DNA of 64,000 bases, from IMG/VR virus record IMGVR_UViG_3300020039_000031. The stretch is one strand, 5' to 3'. Below are positions 9,164-17,805 of the stretch, piece after piece. How positions within the stretch are numbered: position 1 is the stretch's first letter; the number at the start of each line of letters is the position of its first letter. This DNA comes from a virus. The translations under genes and the position numbers were made by a program. The notes beneath the pieces were generated by a model. It saw only the letters and a list, made by a program, of their open reading frames with translations. It was not told the DNA's origin and searched no databases.

Positions 9164-9934
9164 TTATTGTGGTCTTTGCGCTTCCGCAGGTAACTCATCT
9201 TCCTGCGTACTCCCTTGCGGGATAGTCGTTGCACTTTCAGATAGTTTTTTCCATACAAAGCCGCCTGCTGAACCACATCTGCCATTCAAGCAGTGTGAAA
9301 TCATTCCGCGCGATACACCTGTTTGCCTCGCGGCTTCGCATGTAGACTGAAATGTGGAAATATAGGAACCGTCCAAAGAATACTGGGCAATACGATTACC
9401 TCTAGGTTGTCTTAACTGGTGCTTTAGCGCATGTACATTATTGTCTGCGTATGAAGCCCACTCCAGATTTGAAACATGATTATTATACTTGTCTCCGTCT
9501 ATGTGGTTCACAGTCGGAAGATTATCGCTGTTTGGTATAAATACTTCAGCAACCAACCTATGAACCGGGCACACGTTCGAAGTATGCTCACGTCTTAGGT
9601 TTACTACATAATAACCGTCTCCGGACCGGTCTTTACCGATCGATTCTGTAACCTTCATTTCACCGCCGTGAAGTGTTCGTATTACCCCGCGTGAGTCTAA
9701 GATTGTGCGAGTGAGGCTCCTCACCCTACCATCGTCGCTCACCTCGTAGTATCCTTCATAGCCACTAATTGATTTCCACATCTTCACTCCTATCTGCTTA
9801 GCACAGGATTGCCCTCAATACAGTAGGGTTCCCCCGTTAGCATATCTTTTAGCCGCCATTTCCTGCGGTTACTCAGCTTCGTAAGATACACACCCCTGAG
9901 TAATAGGGTTCACAAAGAATGGGCTAATCATTAA
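9131..9934 (-). other. ~0.8 kb intervening sequence splitting dnaE (candidate group I intron carrying an HNH homing-endonuclease ORF); boundaries approximate
   Basis: the dnaE frame breaks exactly inside the conserved (A)GYGF|NKSHSAAY motif: exon 1 ends ...SANYQF(G) and exon 2 resumes (G)MRDNHSIAY. Confidence 0.4.
9164..9787 (-). CDS. HNH homing endonuclease (NUMOD4 + HNH_3 + C-terminal HTH)
   Basis: WKSISGYEGYYEVSDDGRVRS (NUMOD4), VNHIDGDKYNNHVSNLEW (HNH), C-terminal ARQTGVSRGMISHCLNG. Confidence 0.8.
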   Translation of the reverse strand: MKMWKSISGYEGYYEVSDDGRVRSLTRTILDSRGVIRTLHGGEMKVTESIGKDRSGDGYYVVNLRREHTSNVCPVHRLVAEVFIPNSDNLPTVNHIDGDKYNNHVSNLEWASYADNNVHALKHQLRQPRGNRIAQYSLDGSYISTFQSTCEAARQTGVSRGMISHCLNGRCGSAGGFVWKKLSESATTIPQGSTQEDELPAEAQRPQ

Positions 9935-12181
9935 CCCAAATTGGTAATTCGCACTGTCTTCTATAATCTGCAAGAACTCTTTCGCTTCGCTCTCCGCCTC
10001 GTCACGAGGTTTTGGAGATTTCCCGCAATAACCTTCAAGGATCGACGGAAGCGCCGCTGCCAGTCTGTCATGCTGTTTTCGTCCTATCGCACGACGCACG
10101 TTATCCGCCTCGCTGCCAGTCAAACCGCAAATCTGCTGCAGGAATTTGATCGTGTCCTCCTGATACACCAGATAACCAAGGTTATCCTTTAGGAGTTCGT
10201 CGATCATTTCGGACGGATTCTTATGCGGTTTTCGTGCAAGAAGCTGATCTCTGTATGACGCACCGGACGGACGTATGCAAGCCGTGACGAGCGACATATC
10301 GAAGATACTCGACGTTTTGAACTTCTTAAAACAGTCTGCGGCAAATGCTCCCTCAAACTGGAAGATCGCAGTCAGGTTTTTCTGCATATCCGCCCACACA
10401 TTTTGATCGTTCCAATCGATTTCGTATGTATGCGGATAGTTCACTCCGAGATATTCGCAAGCATCCCGTATAACCTGCACTGTCTTCAAAACAAGGAAGT
10501 CGTATTTCGCCGCTCCGACCTCATGAGCCTCTTCCATATCCATCATTAGACAGTTCTCTCCGTCCTTATCAAACATCCCATAGTTATCTATAAGCGTGAT
10601 AGGACTGATGACCATGCCGGCCGGATGAACGGACTGGGAAACCTTTGTGTTGAACAAACCATCGAAGTAGTAGAAAACCTGTGGGTACTTTTTCGCAAGC
10701 ACATCGTATTCAGGATAGCTTGTGATCGGCTTCTTTTCTTTCTTGGATAAGTTGTCGATTGGAGTCAATTCTGCCTTAATTTTGTTAACGATATCGTACC
10801 CATACGGATTATCATCAACCTTTTCGCCTTCCTTGTATCCGTGTTCCTTATTCCAGTCGTTCATCTTTGCACGGCAAACCTCGTCGATGACACCCTTGGT
10901 CTGTATCGTGCCGAACGAAGCGACGCGGCCTGTCTTGTCCGCGCCAAATCTTGATATAATATGGCGGAATATCTCCGGACGGTCTTCTTCAATGCAGTCG
11001 ATATCAATATCGCCTATTTCTGTTCTGTCTTCGTTGCAGAAACGCGAGAAAACCGTCTGCCATGTTTCCGGGTTAAGGTCAATGATGTCTGTGACATACG
11101 CCACTCTGGAACCGCCGACGGAGCCGCGGGCAGTACCGATCGCCATGCCATGGTTCTTGCACCAGCATATAAGCTCGGACATAGACAGCATAAAGCCATC
11201 CATTTTGAGCTTTTGGAAAACCCGCATTTCTTCATCGATCGCGGCACGGAACGCATCCTTTTGCTCCGGTGGAATAACGCCGCTCTCAAGTTTTTCAGCA
11301 AACATACGTTCTACTGTTTCTGTAAACTTCGCAGAGTCGGCTTCTCGTGATCCGTACAGGATCGGGTATTTAATGCTTTTATCAAGTTCAAAATTTTCAA
11401 CGAGTTCGTCAAGCATGTTCGTGTTGGTAATAGCCTCCAGATACACATCCTCTGGAAGCGCGTTCTGACGCCGGAACATTTCGACCAGCTCGTCGTATGT
11501 TTTATATGTAAGGTCGAACGCATCTTCATCGCCAAATGATTTGTGCTTTGCTTTCAGAAGGATCGACCTGCACTCCGCTTTATACGGAGAAGAATTGTGT
11601 GTATCTGTTCCTGCGATCAATGGAGTGCCAAGATCCAAAGATAGCTGAAACAACCTTTTATTAAACGCGATCTGATCTGGATGGTTATGGGCTTGCACCT
11701 CCAGGAAGTCGTACTTCTGTGCCAATGCCATATAGTACGGATGACTTTCGGACAACCTGTTCAACGGTGACGCCAGACACGCGCTCGTTGACAAGATATT
11801 ATCGGATATACCGAGAAACTCATCAAAACTAATTCGGTTTGTATAGTAGAAGTGTCGTTTATCGCACGACATTGATACCAGCCTGTTCAGCTCGCGTACA
11901 CCATCCAGATTCCTCGCAAGCAGAACTGTGTGGTAGTTATCTCTGACTTTTTCGTCGAGGTTTTCTGTCAGGTAAATCTCAACGCCGTGGATAAACTTGA
12001 TACCCTGCTTGTCACAGTACAACTTTTTGGAAACCCAACCCATTGGTTTCCCATGCTCTGTAGACGCAATCGCCTTAACGCCGTCACGAACTGCAAGATC
12101 AACGTAATCTTCAAACTTCGTGCAACTATCGAGAAGGCTGTAATCGCTGTGAACGTGATATGGTATGTAGTTTCCTGCCAA
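9869..12181 (-). CDS. dnaE: DNA polymerase III alpha subunit (DnaE-type), N-terminal part / exon 1
   Basis: PHP domain YIPYHVHSDYSLLDS; palm GTARGSVGGSRVAY...DIDIDC. Confidence 0.85.
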   Translation of the reverse strand: MAGNYIPYHVHSDYSLLDSCTKFEDYVDLAVRDGVKAIASTEHGKPMGWVSKKLYCDKQGIKFIHGVEIYLTENLDEKVRDNYHTVLLARNLDGVRELNRLVSMSCDKRHFYYTNRISFDEFLGISDNILSTSACLASPLNRLSESHPYYMALAQKYDFLEVQAHNHPDQIAFNKRLFQLSLDLGTPLIAGTDTHNSSPYKAECRSILLKAKHKSFGDEDAFDLTYKTYDELVEMFRRQNALPEDVYLEAITNTNMLDELVENFELDKSIKYPILYGSREADSAKFTETVERMFAEKLESGVIPPEQKDAFRAAIDEEMRVFQKLKMDGFMLSMSELICWCKNHGMAIGTARGSVGGSRVAYVTDIIDLNPETWQTVFSRFCNEDRTEIGDIDIDCIEEDRPEIFRHIISRFGADKTGRVASFGTIQTKGVIDEVCRAKMNDWNKEHGYKEGEKVDDNPYGYDIVNKIKAELTPIDNLSKKEKKPITSYPEYDVLAKKYPQVFYYFDGLFNTKVSQSVHPAGMVISPITLIDNYGMFDKDGENCLMMDMEEAHEVGAAKYDFLVLKTVQVIRDACEYLGVNYPHTYEIDWNDQNVWADMQKNLTAIFQFEGAFAADCFKKFKTSSIFDMSLVTACIRPSGASYRDQLLARKPHKNPSEMIDELLKDNLGYLVYQEDTIKFLQQICGLTGSEADNVRRAIGRKQHDRLAAALPSILEGYCGKSPKPRDEAESEAKEFLQIIEDSANYQFGLMISPFFVNPITQGCVSYEAE

Positions 12182-12223
12182 CCAACCACCACCTTTCTGT
12201 TCTGATTAAACTAGCGATGTCAT

Positions 12224-12926
12224 TTACTCCACCTTTACACCAATGAAGTCCATGACCTCTCTCATTCCGAGACCTCCCTGATCCCATGGGCGCATACAGT
12301 AGTCCCACAACTGTGGATGTGTTTGTTTTAACCTCTGAAATCTGTTCGGTTCTTTATCTCTGTGACATGCAAAACCGCAAAACACGCATCCTGTTCGATC
12401 ACAGCCGGTTGTCCTGAATTTCCCCTTACTGTTTTTCACGATCGATCCATATACAGATGCGTATGGAATGTTGTATGTATCGAGATATTCCAGCACATCC
12501 TGCTCTGTCCAGAACGACATCGGATTAGAGATTGGCCGCTCACCATCAAAAATGTTGCATCCGTTTTGCGTCCAGGAATTACGGCGCAGACTACTTTCAC
12601 AAGCCATCATTGCTGTGATCGGATGTAGCCCAGATTCTTTCTCAAACTTCTTTGCGGGGCGCTTTTTCATGACCTTGCAGCAATAATTGCTGATGGGAAT
12701 GTCGCTGTCCTTGAGCCATTTCCATTTCGCAACAGAAAAATGCCCGTTGTACTTTAGATCATGCTCGTTATCAGGCTCAAAACGCTGAGCTATCTTTCCG
12801 TCAGGACTATTCCGCGCCGTGTAGATCATAAACGCGACCTCTTTGCTTATCAGAGGATAACCCCATCGCTCTATGACTTTGCGAAAGTTCATTTCAGGTC
12901 TGACTACGATGACGTTTTCCGTAGAA
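12224..12926 (-). pseudogene. PP-loop ATP-pyrophosphatase / PAPS-reductase-family gene, C-terminal fragment (IS-disrupted)
   Basis: the frame stays open up to the IS left end; C-terminal Cys cluster GCDRTGCVFCGFACH. Confidence 0.7.
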
Positions 12927-13033
12927 TGTTTATGGTAATCTAAAAATAGGTCAGCTGGCTCATTGAAAAGTAGGTCACATCCAAGAAGTATGCTATCCTT
13001 GCTGTATCAAGCAGTAAGGAGGCGGAAAGGGAT

Positions 13034-14605
13034 GTGATCACATTGACCAGAAAGCAGCAAATCATCATGAGCCACCTGGCCGGGGTGAGCAACCGGCAGA
13101 TTGCATCGAAGATGCACATCAGCAAGGACACCGTGAACAAGTATGTGAAGGAGTACGATGCACAGCGGGCAGAATTGCTGACTCGGGATCCGGATGCAGA
13201 TCCAGAAGAGATTCTCCAGACCTTCGTAGAAGAACCGAAATACGACGCCAGTAACCGCACCCCGGTCATCGTAACGCCGGAGATGGAAGCCGCCGTGGAG
13301 CAGTGCCTACAGCTCAACGCTGTGAAGCGAGTGTCCGGGATGCGGAAACAGGCGATGAGGAAGAAGGACATCCACGAATACCTGGTTCGGGAAGGCTTTT
13401 CTGTAAGCTATTCCACGGTAAAACGGCTGGTGAACAGACTGGAAGCCCGTCATGAAGAGGCGTATATCCGGCAGGAATATCAGCCCGGTGAAACCTGTGA
13501 GTTCGACTGGGGCGAGGTCAAGCTGGATATAGCGAACAGCGGCTTCAAGAGATACCAGATGGCCGTATTCACAGCAGCATATAGCGGGGAGCGATTTGCC
13601 GTTCTCTACTGTTCACAGGATACGGCAGCATTCCAGGAATCCCATACGACCTTCTTTTCCTTCTGTCATGGAGCATTTCACACCATGGTCTATGACAACA
13701 TGAAGGTCGCCGTGCGGAAATTTGTTGGCCCGACAGAAAAGGAACCCACGAACGCGCTGCTGGAGTTGTCTCTGTATTATGGCTTCCAGTTTCGGTTCTG
13801 CAATGTACGCCGCGGGAACGAGAAGGGGCATGTGGAGCGCAGTGTGGATGTGGTTCGCCACAAAGCTTTCAGTGCACCCGGCTGTGACATTTTTGAATCT
13901 CTGGAGTCTGCCAACCGGTATCTGTTTGGCGTATGTGTCAGGCTGAACCGGGAAACGGCATCCAACGGCCAGGTTCCGGCAGAACTCTTTGAAGAAGAAC
14001 AGCGCTGTCTACTGCCGGCCATGCCGAGGTTCGAGTGCTGTATCCGGACGGAAAACAGCGTGGACAAGTACTCTACAGTCATGGTTGCCGGTAATCATTA
14101 CTCTGTGCCGGACACGCTTGTGGGAAAGCGTGTGCAGGTACGTCTTTACACGAGCAAGCTCGTTGTTTACTACGAAAACCGGATCGTGGCGACTCACAGC
14201 CGGAGTTTCCGCCCTCATGACTGGACGATTGACATCTATCACTATCTCCGAACCCTGAAACGCAAGCCCGGCGCTCTGCCCGGCAGCACGGCACTGCTGC
14301 AGTCCGACTCTGTTGTAAAGCAGATTTACGACACTTATTACACACAGGATGCTCGTACCTTCCTCGAAGTTCTGGAGGTCATATACGAGCTAGGCGCGGA
14401 TACTGTACAGCAGGCGCTTAAACGTATGGAGCGTCTGTCGCCGAAGGATATGAGCGCCCAAAAGATCCGCGTCGTATGCGAGAACACACTGCGTAAGGTG
14501 CCTCAGCAGCCGGGTTCTGACCATCTCAGTGAAAAAGCAAAAAGCACGCTCTCTCAATATGATCTGCTCAGACAACTGCAGATGGAAGGGAGTGTCGCTG
14601 TATGA
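13034..14605 (+). CDS. istA: IS21-family transposase IstA
   Basis: 523 aa, N-terminal HTH (QIASKMHISKDTVNKY); DDE region; overlaps istB by 4 nt. Confidence 0.8.
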   Translation: MITLTRKQQIIMSHLAGVSNRQIASKMHISKDTVNKYVKEYDAQRAELLTRDPDADPEEILQTFVEEPKYDASNRTPVIVTPEMEAAVEQCLQLNAVKRVSGMRKQAMRKKDIHEYLVREGFSVSYSTVKRLVNRLEARHEEAYIRQEYQPGETCEFDWGEVKLDIANSGFKRYQMAVFTAAYSGERFAVLYCSQDTAAFQESHTTFFSFCHGAFHTMVYDNMKVAVRKFVGPTEKEPTNALLELSLYYGFQFRFCNVRRGNEKGHVERSVDVVRHKAFSAPGCDIFESLESANRYLFGVCVRLNRETASNGQVPAELFEEEQRCLLPAMPRFECCIRTENSVDKYSTVMVAGNHYSVPDTLVGKRVQVRLYTSKLVVYYENRIVATHSRSFRPHDWTIDIYHYLRTLKRKPGALPGSTALLQSDSVVKQIYDTYYTQDARTFLEVLEVIYELGADTVQQALKRMERLSPKDMSAQKIRVVCENTLRKVPQQPGSDHLSEKAKSTLSQYDLLRQLQMEGSVAV

Positions 14606-15390
14606 CGAGCGCCAAGACGAACGCCGACATAAAGGAACTGTGCAAGATCCTGCGGCTGAACGGTATCGCGAAGAGCTTTGAGACCATGGAGCAGGAAGCT
14701 GCGGACTACGAGGATTTTCTGTACCGAATATTATCTCAGGAACTGCAGGAAGCCGAGGAACGGATGAAACAGTCCCGAATCCGACGTGCCCACTTTCCGT
14801 ACAAAAAATATCTGGAAGACCTTGAATTGGAATGCTTGCCAAGGGATATGCGCAAGCGGCTGCCGGAGCTCGCTGGATTGGACTTCATCCGCAACGGCCA
14901 AAATCTCATTCTCACCGGCAATCCCGGCACTGGAAAAACACATGTGGCCATTGGCCTCGGTATTCGAGCTTGCGAGCAAGGCTTCCGCGTTCTGTTCACC
15001 ACTGTTCCATATTTGGTAACAGAACTGAAGGAAAATGTGAATGCAAAAACGCTCAAGGCGTTTGAGAAACGGTTTGAAAAGTATGATTTGGTCATAGCCG
15101 ATGAGATGGGCTATGTCTCCTTTGACCGAGAGGGCGCAGACCTCCTGTTTACAAACCTCTCTCTGCGCGCCACCCAGAAATCCACGATTATTACATCCAA
15201 CCTGACCTTTGAGCGCTGGGACGAGATATTTGGCGACGCTGCCATTACCAGCGCCATTGTGGACAGACTCACCTACAAAGCCATCCTGGTAGATATGGAG
15301 GGCGACTCATATCGTTTCCGCGAGACCCTCCGTGCCAATGGAGCTTCTTTTGAACGACTGATGGAGGGTAAGAACGATGCCAAAGCTTGA
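14602..15390 (+). CDS. istB: IS21-family helper ATPase IstB
   Basis: Walker A GNPGTGKTH, Walker B VIADEMGY. Confidence 0.85.
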   Translation: MTSAKTNADIKELCKILRLNGIAKSFETMEQEAADYEDFLYRILSQELQEAEERMKQSRIRRAHFPYKKYLEDLELECLPRDMRKRLPELAGLDFIRNGQNLILTGNPGTGKTHVAIGLGIRACEQGFRVLFTTVPYLVTELKENVNAKTLKAFEKRFEKYDLVIADEMGYVSFDREGADLLFTNLSLRATQKSTIITSNLTFERWDEIFGDAAITSAIVDRLTYKAILVDMEGDSYRFRETLRANGASFERLMEGKNDAKA

Positions 15391-15724
15391 TTCTGAGCTG
15401 CGCCGCGAAGTGCAGAAATATCTTACGGAAATGAACGCCGCCAAATCTGAACGCGCCGACGTATGGTACTGGGTCCACCACGGAGTAGATATCTACGATA
15501 ATCCTTGGTTCTACTACAATGAAGCCGGCTGGCCGGCAGATCTCGTTACCGCTATCCGGATGGACAACGACCGCTTGGAGGAATACGAAGCTATGACCGA
15601 GGAAGAACGCCTTGAACTGAGCCGAGATCACTCTGAGGAGGCGCATGCCTTTGAGCAAAGCCTATGGGAACTGGAAGCCCTACCGAGACCGGCTGACCTA
15701 GTTTTGGATGGACATCTGACCTAA
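15377..15724 (+). CDS. third ORF inside the IS (possible passenger gene)
   Basis: 115-aa acidic ORF overlapping the istB stop and running into the right-end repeat region. Confidence 0.3.
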   Translation: MPKLDSELRREVQKYLTEMNAAKSERADVWYWVHHGVDIYDNPWFYYNEAGWPADLVTAIRMDNDRLEEYEAMTEEERLELSRDHSEEAHAFEQSLWELEALPRPADLVLDGHLT

Positions 15725-15860
15725 TTTTCGATGGCCGCGGAAACGCAGTCCTCACCAGGAGTACGCGCTCGCACCTATATTGCGGGCGCTTCTCCCGCCC
15801 TTGAGTGACCTAGTTTTCGATGAGCGCTTGACCTAATTTTCGATTGACATATACATAGAA

Positions 15861-16117
15861 CGCGCAAATTCCCTGACTTCCGGATACTCAAGACCTGTAT
15901 CTATGAATACAGCGGGGCAATCCGGATACACTTTCCTGACAATATCAAGCAGGACTGTGCTATCTTTGCCACCGCTGAAGGAAACATAGATTTTATCATC
16001 AAATTTGTTTGCAAACTCAATGATTCTGCTCGTTGTGACCTGAATTTTTCGCCATAAAGGCCAGCTCTGCATCTCATAGAGGTCTTCGCTGGTGAATTTT
16101 GGCTGTGATTTAGCCAT
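15861..16117 (-). pseudogene. PP-loop ATP-pyrophosphatase / PAPS-reductase-family gene, N-terminal fragment (IS-disrupted)
   Basis: PP-loop motif SFSGGKDSTVLL; the frame continues into 12926 once the IS and one TSD copy are removed. Confidence 0.7.
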
Positions 16118-16161
16118 GATTTTGGCTTTATCCTCACTTTCTTGTGAATAAAATCTATGTG

Positions 16162-16775
16162 TTACTGATTTGCTCTGAAAAATGCTTGCGCGAAGCCAGG
16201 AGGCGTCATCGCCCTCAGCTCCGCGTCTGTTGCTGGTTTATGGAATGATAACTGCGGGATGTTTTCCCTCGCAGATTTATGTAAAAATGCGAAGTTTGGC
16301 TTCTCTCTACCCTTTCGGGTGTACAACGGGAGTTTTGGAACGTCTTCCCAGTTCTCGTATACCCGCTCCGGTATGTTGAAATTTCCCCAAATATCCGTCG
16401 CTTTTGTCCACGGATCGCCATACCACCATGGCTGGAACGTCAATTTCGGAGCGCCCATATATTTGCGTAGATAGCCTCTTGGGTTCTCCATTGCCCACCA
16501 TACTGGATTACATTCACGGATGATCCGCAGGCAGGCATTAACGATCTCCATTCCTGCTTCTTCGTCACGCTCTCTCGGAGCTGCTACACAATTTAGAACA
16601 GAGAACTCGGTGCATGGCGGAGCCGCTAAAATACCATAAACCTCGCGGGGGGGGCGTAAGTACGCACATCATATTCTGGAAGTGTTATAATCCTGACATC
16701 ATAACCAGCTTCCGCATACGGCCTGCTCCAACTGCCAGTACCTCCGCATAAGTCTAAAATGATTCTGCTTATACT
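16162..16775 (-). pseudogene. DNA (cytosine-5)-methyltransferase, frameshifted at a homopolymer tract
   Basis: motif I DLCGGTGSWS in one frame; motif IV AAPPCTEFS and motif VI ENPRG in the -1 frame after a C8 run; no canonical ATG before motif I. Confidence 0.55.
16647..16654. repeat. G8 (C8 on the coding strand) homopolymer tract inside the methyltransferase gene
   Basis: cctcgc-GGGGGGGG-cgtaag; one extra base would join motif I to motifs IV-VI in frame. Confidence 0.9.
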
Positions 16776-16809
16776 TCGTCCCTCTTCGGAATCTGTTCAT
16801 TTTCCGTAT

Positions 16810-17799
16810 TCATTTGTAAACACACCTTTTTTCGTATAGATCCATGAACACTTCCTTACCTTGATCGACTGGGCTATCCTTCTCATTGAGCAAATTTCTC
16901 TGATCAAACAAAAACGAGACGTTCACATAACGTCTCAGCTTCTCTATATTATGATCGTCAAAGATTCGCACGTCTTTATCCAAGGCAAAAACCACGTCGC
17001 ACCCGAGTTTGGCAAGCAGCTTCATCTGAAACGGATTGACATGGCTTGTGAGTATCGCGCCACAGTTTTCTATTCCCCACGATGAAGCCTTTAACACGCT
17101 TTTACACCCCTCGAAAAGGATGATCTCGTGCTTTTCTTTGATGCTCTTTAGATTCTCTGCATACCCGTAGATTGTCTGCATCGTTCCCCATGGGAAAAAG
17201 TAGCAGTACTTACGCTGCCCCTTCTCCTTCCACTCCGGATCAAGAGCACGACCGCCCACATTGACGATTTTCCCTTCCGGATTGCGTATTGGATACACGA
17301 TCCGATCAGAGAAGCTATCGTATCTGACCTGAAAACGCTCCATGACATCCAGTGAAATGCCCTCGTCTTCCCAGACCTTGAGCTTCTCTGGCTTATTCTC
17401 GTACCGCTCCATATAGTTGTCTGGCAACACAGCCGCTTTTGACTGTCTTTCCCGCGAAATGGGCGGTGAAAACTTCTTGCAGGTCATCGTTGCCGACATT
17501 TTTTCTGATGGACGCATGATTTTCCCATCAAACCCGGCATAAGACTTGATCTTTTCCAGCGCATCACGGCGTGAGCACTTATCGTAAAAGCGTATAAAGG
17601 TGTATAGGTTACCGCCTATGCCTGATGAGAAATCGTAAAACGTACCTTCAGACTGTCTTACAGAAAACGATGGTGTTTTTTCCGGCGGGTAGGTGAATGG
17701 CGAGATTCCCCACCATTCATCCCCTCGCTGTTCGAGTTCCACATACTGTGATATGTATTCGATAATATCGATTTTCGATAAAAGCTCTGATAGATCCAT
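16810..17799 (-). CDS. DnaG-like DNA primase (Toprim)
   Basis: Toprim ILFEGCKSVL...ALDKDV; N-terminal EKTPSFSV...GIGGNLYTF resembles the primase zinc-finger region but lacks the cysteines. Confidence 0.65.
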   Translation of the reverse strand: MDLSELLSKIDIIEYISQYVELEQRGDEWWGISPFTYPPEKTPSFSVRQSEGTFYDFSSGIGGNLYTFIRFYDKCSRRDALEKIKSYAGFDGKIMRPSEKMSATMTCKKFSPPISRERQSKAAVLPDNYMERYENKPEKLKVWEDEGISLDVMERFQVRYDSFSDRIVYPIRNPEGKIVNVGGRALDPEWKEKGQRKYCYFFPWGTMQTIYGYAENLKSIKEKHEIILFEGCKSVLKASSWGIENCGAILTSHVNPFQMKLLAKLGCDVVFALDKDVRIFDDHNIEKLRRYVNVSFLFDQRNLLNEKDSPVDQGKEVFMDLYEKRCVYK

Positions 17800-17805
17800 A
17801 CTGTT

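Larger units (their letters stand above)
12927..15855 (+). mobile_element. IS21-family insertion sequence (2929 bp)
   Basis: imperfect terminal inverted repeats TGTTTATGGTAATCT.. / ..CGATTGACATATACA (22 of 27 matches), multiple internal TAGGTCA repeats, 5-bp target duplication TAGAA, istA-istB pair. Confidence 0.85.

Noticed and set aside
13613-14345. Several minus-strand ORFs (82-101 aa) inside the IS
   Set aside because: All are antisense to istA; no independent support.
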